Shown piece by piece: positions 20,450-28,663 of a stretch of 64,000 bases of DNA; position 1 is the stretch's first letter; each line of letters starts with the position of its first letter. The translations under genes were made by a program, and so were the position numbers. The notes under the pieces are model-generated. The model searched no databases and was not told the DNA's origin. It saw only the letters and a list, made by a program, of their open reading frames with translations. This stretch comes from Thermoanaerobaculia bacterium (GTDB taxonomy: Bacteria > Acidobacteriota > Thermoanaerobaculia > UBA5066): contig JBBRRY010000002.1 in assembly GCA_038245905.1 (NCBI GenBank), positions 64,001 through 128,000 on the forward strand, given 5' to 3'.

Positions 20450-21397
20450 TTGAACTTCGCCCTGCCCGTTCTTGTTTTAGCTGCCCTCGTTGCCGTCGCC
20501 CCGGAACCCGCGCCGGATCCCGCCGGCGCCGCGGTCGTCGCCGCTGCCCGGACGGCGGAAGGGACCTCTGGTGCCGTCGTGGGCGTTTCCGTCCTGCACC
20601 TCGAGACCGGCCGCCGCGCCTCGTGGCACGGGCACGAGCGCTTCCAGATGGCGAGCGTCTTCAAGCTGCCCGTCGCGATCGCGATCCTCCACGCCGTCGA
20701 GAAGGGAAAGCTGCGGCTCGAACAGGAAGCCGAGATCCGGGAGTCGGACCGGATGGAGATCGGTCCGATCTACGACGAGTGGAAACCCGGGATGCGCGTG
20801 ACGGTCGAGCGAATGGTCGACGTCATGCTCGTCGACAGCGACAACACCTCCGCGGACGTCCTCATCGGCCTCCTCGGCGGGCCGCAGGCGATTGAGAAGA
20901 CGTTAGCGGCGAAAGGCGTCTCCGGCATCCGGATCTCGCTCGACGAGAAGGGCCTCGGCGCCGCGATGAAGAAGGATCTCGCCGCGCTCGAGAGGGGCTC
21001 TGAGAACGGGACGAGCCCCGACGCGATGGCGGCCCTGCTCGGCCGACTCTTCATGGGCGAGCTCCTTTCGCGTCCGTCGACGGACCGTATCCTGGACGCG
21101 ATGCGCCGGTGCGCGACGGGCGGCCGCCGTCTCCGCGCGGGCCTTCCGAAAGGCACGGCGGTCTTCGACAAGACAGGCACGCTGCGCTCGTGCACGAACG
21201 ATTCCGGAATCGTGACTCTCGAGGACGGTTCGCACCTCGTCCTCGCCGTCTTCGTCCGGGGAGGGACCGACGCCGCGACGAGGGAGGCGGCGATCGCGTC
21301 CGTCGCGCGCGCGGCTTGGGAAGCGTTCGTACCCGGACGCACCGTTTCCGGCGGCACCGCCCCCCGCGCTAGTCTCCGCGCATGGTCGAGTCCCTGA
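20450..21397 (+). CDS. Class A beta-lactamase-like serine hydrolase
   Basis: SxxK (ASVFK), SDN, probable E166 equivalent (SLDE), KTG; signal peptide. Confidence 0.82.
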   Translation: MNFALPVLVLAALVAVAPEPAPDPAGAAVVAAARTAEGTSGAVVGVSVLHLETGRRASWHGHERFQMASVFKLPVAIAILHAVEKGKLRLEQEAEIRESDRMEIGPIYDEWKPGMRVTVERMVDVMLVDSDNTSADVLIGLLGGPQAIEKTLAAKGVSGIRISLDEKGLGAAMKKDLAALERGSENGTSPDAMAALLGRLFMGELLSRPSTDRILDAMRRCATGGRRLRAGLPKGTAVFDKTGTLRSCTNDSGIVTLEDGSHLVLAVFVRGGTDAATREAAIASVARAAWEAFVPGRTVSGGTAPRASLRAWSSP

Positions 21398-21942
21398 CGA
21401 CGCCCTATCTGCTCCTGGCCGCACCCGTGATGCTGGACCCGAACTTCTCGAAGACCGTCGTGGTCATGGGCCATCACACGCGCGAGGGCGCGCTGGGATG
21501 GATCGTGAACCGCCTGCTGGGCGAGCCTGCCATCAAGCTTCTCGCGCCGCCGCTCGACACGGCCGTTCACCCGGAGACCCCGCTCCGCGTGGGCGGGCCC
21601 GTTCTCACGAACGGGCTCGTCGCCCTCTTCCCGGAGGCTGTGCAAGGTGTCGAGTCGATCGAGATGGCGCCGGGGCTCCGTGTTTCGGCGGCCGCCGAGA
21701 TCCTCCCCAGGCTCTTCACCGCTCCGCCGTCCGCGGGCACGCCGGGGCTTCTCGTAATGGGCTATTCCGGCTGGGCCGCCGATCAGCTCGAGAGCGAAAT
21801 GGAGGAGGGCTCCTGGCTCGTCCTCCCGTGGGAACCCGGGCTCGTCTTCACGAACGACGTCGACGGGCTCTGGGAACGCGCTCTCGCGCACCTCGGCGTC
21901 GACCCGGCGTCCGTCTCCTCGTCGTCGACGGGCGTGAGCTGA
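21382..21942 (+). CDS. yqgE: YqgE/AlgH family protein
   Basis: DPNFSKTVV, GALGWIVNR, GGPV, GYSGW..QLESE...GSW. Confidence 0.88.
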   Translation: MVESLTTPYLLLAAPVMLDPNFSKTVVVMGHHTREGALGWIVNRLLGEPAIKLLAPPLDTAVHPETPLRVGGPVLTNGLVALFPEAVQGVESIEMAPGLRVSAAAEILPRLFTAPPSAGTPGLLVMGYSGWAADQLESEMEEGSWLVLPWEPGLVFTNDVDGLWERALAHLGVDPASVSSSSTGVS

Positions 21943-21943
21943 C

Positions 21944-22918
21944 GTGAACGAGCTGACGGCCCTCATCCTCCGGCACGGCGTCGGCTTCGTGTTCCTGAAC
22001 GTTTTCCTCCAGCAGCTCGGCGTTCCCGTGCCCGCCGTCCCGACGCTTCTCGTCGCGGGCGCGCTCGCGGCCGACGGGCGGCTGCCGTTTGAGAGACTGC
22101 TCGCGGCGGCGTTCTTCGCGACGGTCGCGGCCGACACGGGCTGGTTCCTGCTCGGCCGGCGCTACGGGCAGAGGGTTCTCAAGACGCTCTGCAAGCTGTC
22201 TCTCTCTCCCGATTCCTGCGTACGCCAGACCGAGGGTCTCTTCGATTCGTATGGCCTCCGGTCGCTCCTCTTCGCGAAATTCGTTCCCGGATATTCCACG
22301 GTGGCACCGCCTCTCGCGGGCGCGGCGGGTGCGACGCTGCCCCGTTTTCTGGCCTTCACGTCCGCGGGAACGCTGATCTGGGTCGGGACCGCTCTCGGCC
22401 TCGGCCTCGTCTTCCATGGCGCGATCGAGCGCGTCCTCGCGTTTCTCGCGGATCTCGGTGGCGGCGCGGTCGCCGTCATCCTGGCGGCGCTCGTCGTCTA
22501 CATCGGCCTCAAGTGGATACAGCGGCGCCGCTTCTACCGGTTCCTCCGCATGGCGCGTATCCGCGTCGCGGACCTCCGCCGGCTCATGGACGAGGGAAAC
22601 GCTCCGCTGATCGTGGACGTGCGCTCGAACAACGCGCGGACGCGCGACGGGCGGCGCATCCCGGGAGCCATCGTGGTCAACATCCTCGAGCTGGACGAGA
22701 AGATTTCTCACCTGCCGACCGACCGGGAGATCGTCCTCTACTGCACGTGACCCAATGAAGCCTCGGCGGCCCGTGTGGCACGCCTTCTCATGGACCGCGG
22801 GTTCGCCCTCGTCCGGCCCCTCGAAGGCGGGCTCGACGCGTGGGAGGAAGCCGGCTACGAAATCGAGGCGGAGCGAATTCCCATGAGTCCGACGGGTTCG
22901 TTCCCTCCCGCGCCCTGA
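21944..22918 (+). CDS. DedA-rhodanese fusion, probable selenoprotein (in-frame TGA at 22748-22750)
   Basis: DedA motifs (QQLGVPVP, FAKFVPG). The rhodanese domain continues past the TGA: IVLYCT-U-PNEASAARVARLLMDRGFALVRPLEGGLDAW, to a stop at 22916-22918. Confidence 0.8.
22751..22791 (+). promoter_or_regulatory. Putative bacterial SECIS hairpin
   Basis: After the UGA: GGCG-GCC [CGUGU loop] GGC-A-CGCC upper stem, with possible lower pairing of AUGAAG with UUCUCAU; G-containing apical loop starts 21 nt after the UGA. Confidence 0.6.
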
Positions 22919-22922
22919 GCCC

Positions 22923-23333
22923 TCACGCCCGCTCCCAGACCTCCTCGACGACGACGTCCGGATGCAGGGAGCGCCTCACGGGACACGTCTTGCCAGCGTT
23001 GACGAGCTTCTTGAAGTCCTCGTCGCTGCAGGGTGACGCGATGCGGTAGCGCGCCACGAGCTTCGCGATGCGCCGCGGGGGCTCCTGCGTCATGTGCTTC
23101 TCGATCTCGAACGTCACGCCCGTCACGGAAATCCCGCTCCGCGTCGCGTAAAGGCTCAGCGTCGTCGCCGCGCACGCGGCGAGCGACGCGGCGCAGAGAT
23201 CCGTAGGCGAGAAGCGGCTTCCGTCGCCGCCGTTGTCCGTCGGCGCCGTCGTCTCGAGGAGCGCGCCGGAAGGGCCATGGCGGAGTTCGGCTCCAGTCGG
23301 AGACGTGAGTCTGCCGGAGATTGAAACGCTCAT
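22923..23333 (-). CDS. OsmC family protein
   Basis: APTDNGG...FSPTDL...LAAC...CPV. Confidence 0.88.
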   Translation of the reverse strand: MSVSISGRLTSPTGAELRHGPSGALLETTAPTDNGGDGSRFSPTDLCAASLAACAATTLSLYATRSGISVTGVTFEIEKHMTQEPPRRIAKLVARYRIASPCSDEDFKKLVNAGKTCPVRRSLHPDVVVEEVWERA

Positions 23334-23348
23334 GGCGGTGAGTCTAGT

Positions 23349-24230
23349 TCAGCGGACAGCGTCCGCTCCGGGCAGCGGCCAGGCCGGGAGCGAGAGGAGA
23401 TCCTCCGGGTTCACGCGCGCGGCGCGCAGCTTCGCTCCCCAGTGGAGGTGCGGGCCCGTGACACGGCCCGTGTGCCCCGACGCGCCGAGGAGGGCCCCTT
23501 TCGCCACGTCGTCTCCCTCCTTCACGTCGATGCGCGACATGTGAAAGTACTGCGAGAAGAGCCCGGCGCCGTGGTCCAGGAGGACCGTGCCCCCGCTGAA
23601 GTAGAGATTCCCGGCGAGCACGACGCGGCCGTCCCCTGCCGCCTGCACGGACGTGCCCTCTGCCGCCGCGAGGTCCAGGCCCGCGTGAAAGCTCTTCGTC
23701 TTCCCGTTGTAGACGCGGCGGGCGCCGAAGTTGCCGTTCGAGGGCGCTGTCGAGGGCCGCGCGAAAGACGTAAAGAGGCGGACTGGCGATCCGCGGCCAT
23801 ACGCCTTGGCCACGCGAACCTGATCGGCCTTCACGCGCTCAAGCTCCTCTTTCGGCACCTCTACGTAGCGCGGGTCGACGGACAGCTTCTGGAGACGGAA
23901 GTTCCCTGCCGCGATCTTCAGCGGCCAGGCCAGCCGGGTGGAACCGTCCGGCGTCTCGAAGACGAGCGACCGCGTGCCGGGCGCCGCGGCCAGGTCCACG
24001 CCGAGGAGCCCGCGAAACGTCGTCCCGGCGATGTCGCGCTCGAGCGGGGTGCGCGTCTCCCCGTCCACCATGACGAGCGCCTGGAGCGGACGTTCGCTCG
24101 TGACCGTTACGAGGCTGACGCCGCCCTGTGTCGGAGACGTCACCGAGGCCGTGACCGTGAGGCCCGCGGCGGGGCCGGGAGCCGGACCGGCCGCGAGGAC
24201 GGCCGCCAGCAGAGTCTCCGGGAGGTTCAT
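23349..24230 (-). CDS. M23 family metallopeptidase
   Basis: HAGLD, YFHMS, TGPHLHW. Confidence 0.9.
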   Translation of the reverse strand: MNLPETLLAAVLAAGPAPGPAAGLTVTASVTSPTQGGVSLVTVTSERPLQALVMVDGETRTPLERDIAGTTFRGLLGVDLAAAPGTRSLVFETPDGSTRLAWPLKIAAGNFRLQKLSVDPRYVEVPKEELERVKADQVRVAKAYGRGSPVRLFTSFARPSTAPSNGNFGARRVYNGKTKSFHAGLDLAAAEGTSVQAAGDGRVVLAGNLYFSGGTVLLDHGAGLFSQYFHMSRIDVKEGDDVAKGALLGASGHTGRVTGPHLHWGAKLRAARVNPEDLLSLPAWPLPGADAVR

Positions 24231-26506
24231 GGGACGAACCCGCCGGTCTCACACGCGGGCCTCGAAAGACGCGTCGCCGCGCCCGACGGATCGCCGCCCC
24301 GCCAGAACGGGAGCTGATCGAAGCGATGCCGGGAGCCCACGTGCCCGGAGACGCCGAACGGGATGACGAGGGTCGCCTCGTCCGGCGTGCCCCAGTCCAC
24401 GATGAAACGCATGGACTGCCCGAACGTCGGAGACGCGACGCGCACGACGCCCGTCGCCCCCTGCTGCGGGAACGAAGGCGGGTCGAAGAGCCAGGACAAT
24501 CCGGGCACGCGTCCGAGCGGATGGCGTACGGCGAGCCGGTTGGCCTCGCCCCACTGGAGCCGGGTTGCGTCCTTGCCGTATTTCGCCTCGAGATCGGCGA
24601 ACGCGTCGTCCCATGCGCTTTTCACGAAGCCAGCCTTCGCGCCGAGACCGGCGCCGCGGAACATCGCGTCGTCCGCACGCGCGAGATCGAGGACTCGGTA
24701 TTCCGCGAGGCCGAAGTCCGGAGCGACACGCCACGCCTTGAGCGCCTGCTCCCCGAACTTCCGGCGAAACACGCGTGCGACGAGGAAACGCGAGGACGCC
24801 GCCTCGGCTCGTCCGTCCCAGTCGTGAAAACGCGCGCCCCAGTCCGGCGGAAGAAAGGGAACGAGCGCCTCCATCGTGGCCGCGAGGACCGGCGACGCCG
24901 TATCGAGCTGCATCGCCTCGACAGCGGCGCGATCGAGCTTCTGTCCCGCACGCCCCGCCCCTTCGAGCATCGTCGCGATCCGACGCGCCCGTGCGGGCGA
25001 GGGCGAGTCGGTCCCGAGGACGTGAGGCCAGCTCGTGCCCGCGACGCGTTGATTCGCGGTCGCAAGAAATCCCTCTCTGGGGTTCACGAGGCGCGGCATT
25101 TCGTCCTGGGGGACAAACCCGGTCCAGTCGTTCCGAGCGTCCGAGCCGTCGTAGGGAATGCTGCCGTCCGTTCCGGGGCGGCGGACCGGCACGAGGCCCG
25201 TCGCCCGCCAGCCGATATTCCCGCCGGAGTCCGCCCAGACGACGTTCTGCCCGGGCGCGAGGAACCCATCGAGCGCTCTCTCGACACTCTCGGCGTCCCC
25301 GGCCCGCATCACGTTCGAAGACGGAAGCCTCAGGTTCGCGGGGTCCAGCGCGACCCACTTCAGGGCGAGATTCTCCGTGACGAGAGGACCGTGCGACGTC
25401 GAGCGGACGACGAGTCGCTCCGCGGCGGCTCCACGGACCGAAATCGTCTCCTCGCGCAGGGCGACTTTCTCCCACTCCGCGCCGCGCTTCGCCCCGCTGT
25501 CGACAATCGTCTCCCTGTAGAGGTCCTGCACGTCGGAATAGAGGTTCGTGAACGCCCACGCGACGCGCTCGTTCCGTCCCAGCGTCACGCCGGGCAGGCC
25601 GGGCAGCGTGACCCCCTCGACGAGGTGCCCGCCGATGACGAACCGCATGGGCAGCCAGATTCCAGGCGCGCCGATTCCGAGGTGCGGATCGTTCGCCAGG
25701 ATCGGCTTGCCGCTCTTCGTGAGGGCGCCCGAAACGGCCCAGCTGTTCGATCCCGGCGCCTCGTCCGGATCGCCCTCCGCCCGGAAGCCGAGGGCCCGGG
25801 TGGGCGCCGCATCGCCCGGAACCGGCAGCGGCGGCAGTTCGGGCTTCCCGGCATCGGGAACGAGCACGAGATCGTCGGCCGTGAAGCCGGACGTGAGGAA
25901 GCGCCGCACGGAGGACGGCCGCGAGAGGAGGCGCTCCGTGGCGATCTCTTTCCTCCACGTGGAGGAGATCTCCTCGCACATCATGAGAAGGACGCGGAGC
26001 GAGTCGGCGGGAGTGAATCTCCGCGGCGTCAGGCCGAGAAGGGTGAACTCGAGCCCCCAGCGTCCCTTGTGCGTGTCGAGAAAGGCGTTGATGCCGTCGG
26101 TCAGAGCGGCCACGTCCGCGCGTTCGTTCGCCGGAAGGAGCGGGACGGCCGCCTCGGCGACACGCGAGAAACCGTAGATCCTGTGCAACCGGTCCGAGGG
26201 AAGCGCGGCGCTGCCGAAGATCTCGGCGAGCTCGCCGCCCGCCAGCCGGCGCTGCAGCTCCATCTGGAAAAGCCTCTCGCGCGCCGTTAGATATCCCTGG
26301 GCCCGAGTGGCGTCTCCGGTATCGGCCGCTGTGATCGTGGCGACGCCGTGGTCGTCGAACGCGACGGTCACCCTCGCGCGGAGTCCGGGGATCTTCGGAA
26401 ACGACAGGTCCGGGAGGTTTCGGAACACGAGAACGCCGAGCGTGGCACCGGCGACGAGCACGGCCGCGACGGTCGCCGCCGCGATCCTCCCCAGCACGCG
26501 CTTCAT
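24227..26506 (-). CDS. Penicillin acylase / AHL acylase family Ntn-hydrolase
   Basis: ERLFQME, GSNSWAVSG (Ser nucleophile), LANDPHL, ATANQ. Confidence 0.88.
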   Translation of the reverse strand: MKRVLGRIAAATVAAVLVAGATLGVLVFRNLPDLSFPKIPGLRARVTVAFDDHGVATITAADTGDATRAQGYLTARERLFQMELQRRLAGGELAEIFGSAALPSDRLHRIYGFSRVAEAAVPLLPANERADVAALTDGINAFLDTHKGRWGLEFTLLGLTPRRFTPADSLRVLLMMCEEISSTWRKEIATERLLSRPSSVRRFLTSGFTADDLVLVPDAGKPELPPLPVPGDAAPTRALGFRAEGDPDEAPGSNSWAVSGALTKSGKPILANDPHLGIGAPGIWLPMRFVIGGHLVEGVTLPGLPGVTLGRNERVAWAFTNLYSDVQDLYRETIVDSGAKRGAEWEKVALREETISVRGAAAERLVVRSTSHGPLVTENLALKWVALDPANLRLPSSNVMRAGDAESVERALDGFLAPGQNVVWADSGGNIGWRATGLVPVRRPGTDGSIPYDGSDARNDWTGFVPQDEMPRLVNPREGFLATANQRVAGTSWPHVLGTDSPSPARARRIATMLEGAGRAGQKLDRAAVEAMQLDTASPVLAATMEALVPFLPPDWGARFHDWDGRAEAASSRFLVARVFRRKFGEQALKAWRVAPDFGLAEYRVLDLARADDAMFRGAGLGAKAGFVKSAWDDAFADLEAKYGKDATRLQWGEANRLAVRHPLGRVPGLSWLFDPPSFPQQGATGVVRVASPTFGQSMRFIVDWGTPDEATLVIPFGVSGHVGSRHRFDQLPFWRGGDPSGAATRLSRPACETGGFVP

Positions 26507-26554
26507 GCGCCGGCGGCGTCCGTCAACTGCTCAAGCAATTGAGCGCCCCTGGTC

Positions 26555-27130
26555 TCAGCCCTTCTTCTTCGCGGGAGCCGCCTTCGCGAGAGGCTCGACC
26601 CACATCTCCTCCACGCGGCGCTGCTTGTCCTCGGACATGCCCATGCGATAGCGAAGGCGGATGCCGCACTGGGGAACGGGCCAGGACGACACTCCCGGAT
26701 CGGACGCGACGGGAGTTCCCTTTCCGTAGCGCTCGAGGATGCCGTCGTAAAGACCGGAGGGCGGGTCGAGGAGGTAGTGCAGCGACACGACCTTCGCGTC
26801 GAGGGCGTCGGACGCGTAGGTCACGTCGACTTTCCACGGCCGCCCCTCGGGGGTGTGCACGACTTTCAGGTCGCGGACGACTGTCTTCTTCGACGGCTCG
26901 TGCAGCGCCATGCGCTCGAACGAAAATGCGCGCGTCTGCCCGATCTCAAGGCCGGCCATCCCCGGGCAGGGGGGCGGCGTGGGCTGCGCCGCGGCAGCGC
27001 CAGTTGACGAGGCGGCCGCGCCGGCCTGAGGGCCAGTCTGTTTCGTTTGAACCTGAATCTGCGCGATCGCCGGAGGTGCGGCGAACCCCGCGAGAAAGAG
27101 GCTCGTGCAGAGGAACGGGGAAACTTTCAT
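26555..27130 (-). CDS. Hypothetical exported protein
   Basis: Signal peptide, AGGAG RBS, Ala/Pro-rich linker; no recognised family. Confidence 0.65.
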   Translation of the reverse strand: MKVSPFLCTSLFLAGFAAPPAIAQIQVQTKQTGPQAGAAASSTGAAAAQPTPPPCPGMAGLEIGQTRAFSFERMALHEPSKKTVVRDLKVVHTPEGRPWKVDVTYASDALDAKVVSLHYLLDPPSGLYDGILERYGKGTPVASDPGVSSWPVPQCGIRLRYRMGMSEDKQRRVEEMWVEPLAKAAPAKKKG

Positions 27131-27183
27131 CGAAACTCCTGAACGGGATGCCCGGCCGCGCCGGCACGGGGTCTCTCGGTGAC

Positions 27184-27198
27184 GCGAGGAGCGTGCCA
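27184..27198 (-). promoter_or_regulatory. Putative sigma-54 (-24/-12) promoter
   Basis: Minus strand TGGCACG-CTCC-TCGC versus consensus TGGCACG-N4-TTGC, upstream of the 27130 start. Confidence 0.55.
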
Positions 27199-27232
27199 GA
27201 CCCGAATTCGAAGAGTGTACCAGCCGGCTCCC

Positions 27233-28663
27233 TCAGGGGGCCGTCGCAAACTCGAGGAGAACCCGTCTCATCCGGTCGATCCCGTCGACGTAAAGCGGCA
27301 GCGAAATCCCCTCATTCACGTGATGGATCGTCGACGCATCGTAGATGCTCACGGCGAAAGGAGACACCCCGTAGGCGCGCAGGCCGCGGGCCCGGATGGC
27401 GGCCGCCGACGTGACCTGCCCGCTCAGGATGTAGGGCCCGACGGGCGCGCTCTCCGGGTCCAGGCCAAACACGTTGGCGATCGCGCGATATGCGTTTCCC
27501 TCGGAGGGGCTCGACACGCAGTCCCTGGTCTCGAGGACGAGACGGAGGCGGAAGCCTCTTGCCAGGGCCCAGCCCTCGATCTCGGCGCGGGCGGACGCGA
27601 CCGGGCTTCCCGGAAGCAGCGTCTTCACGACGTGCAGGGAAAAGCCTTCAGCGATCCGTTCCACCTTGCTCACGTAAATGCTGTCCTTGAGGAGCGAACG
27701 GTAGACCTCGGGAACGAACTTCCAGAACTCCGCTTGAGGGCCGAGCTTCTCGGCTCCGTCCGTCATGTAGCGGCCCCAGACATCCGACCGCGAAGGCGCG
27801 ATGAACCGCAGGAACTCCCGCACGGCGGGGACCACGCGAACGGGCTGCTCCAGATCACGGGCCTTCAGGAATTCGCGAAACTCCTCGAGTGTTCTTTCCT
27901 CGGGTGACAGGACGTCCACCGAGAAAACTGCCTTCTGCATGGTCTCGATGCCGAAGCGCTCTACGTGCTGGTTCTTGACCTCGTTCACTCCCCCCTCGTT
28001 GAACACGTCCGTCACTCCTGCAAGGAGGTCTGGCCGGTGGTCGAAGAGCCAGCCCATACCGAGGTCTTCCCGAAGCGTCTCCTCTCCCGACTCGACGACG
28101 AAAACGATGTCGCGGAGGGGCACGAGGCCCGCACGCGTGAGCGAGGTCATCGCAAGGAGGTTCGCGACCGTCTGCCCCTTCATGTCGAGCGTCCCCCGGC
28201 CGAAGAGGTGGTCGCGGTCGAGGCCGGTGCCGCGTTCGGCCGCGAAGGGCGGCTTGGTCCATGCGCCAAGGTCTCCCGCGGGGACGACGTCCGCGTGATT
28301 CAGGAGGGCGAGCGCTCCGTCCGGAGCGCGGCCCGTGATTCGGGCAACGAGGATCGGGCGCTCCGGGTCGGCGCCGGTGATCGTCACGGGGATTCCCTCG
28401 CACACGAGGAACCGGGCGAGGAACTCGATCGCGGGACGTGTGATTCCGGGCGGATTCGTCGTGTCGATGCGTACGTACTCTACGAGAAGCTTCACGGCCT
28501 CCGTTTCCATGGCCGCGTCCGCCTCGACATCCATCCGGCGAATCGTGAGCGGCGTCGCGAGCCGCGACACGAGCGCCGGAAACCCCCAGAGCGCAAGGAC
28601 GGCAAAAACCGCGGCACCGCCATAAAGGGCGAGGCGCCGCCTTCCGTTGGAGCCCAGCTTCAT
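27233..28663 (-). CDS. Membrane-anchored M20/M25/M40 family metallopeptidase
   Basis: N-terminal TM; NHADVVP, GRGTLDMKG, GEE, NEGG, IHHVNE; ATG overlaps the upstream stop. Confidence 0.85.
   Translation of the reverse strand: MKLGSNGRRRLALYGGAAVFAVLALWGFPALVSRLATPLTIRRMDVEADAAMETEAVKLLVEYVRIDTTNPPGITRPAIEFLARFLVCEGIPVTITGADPERPILVARITGRAPDGALALLNHADVVPAGDLGAWTKPPFAAERGTGLDRDHLFGRGTLDMKGQTVANLLAMTSLTRAGLVPLRDIVFVVESGEETLREDLGMGWLFDHRPDLLAGVTDVFNEGGVNEVKNQHVERFGIETMQKAVFSVDVLSPEERTLEEFREFLKARDLEQPVRVVPAVREFLRFIAPSRSDVWGRYMTDGAEKLGPQAEFWKFVPEVYRSLLKDSIYVSKVERIAEGFSLHVVKTLLPGSPVASARAEIEGWALARGFRLRLVLETRDCVSSPSEGNAYRAIANVFGLDPESAPVGPYILSGQVTSAAAIRARGLRAYGVSPFAVSIYDASTIHHVNEGISLPLYVDGIDRMRRVLLEFATAP

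Noticed and set aside
22748-22750. Nonsense mutation / pseudogene of DedA-rhodanese
   Set aside because: The stop is TGA exactly at a conserved Cys position, the downstream frame is intact, and a SECIS-like hairpin follows. Recoding is the better explanation, though it is unproven.
27165-27205. Riboswitch or terminator in the GGGTCT...AGACCC hairpin
   Set aside because: There is no U-tract and no recognisable aptamer consensus; the region is better explained by a sigma-54-like element.
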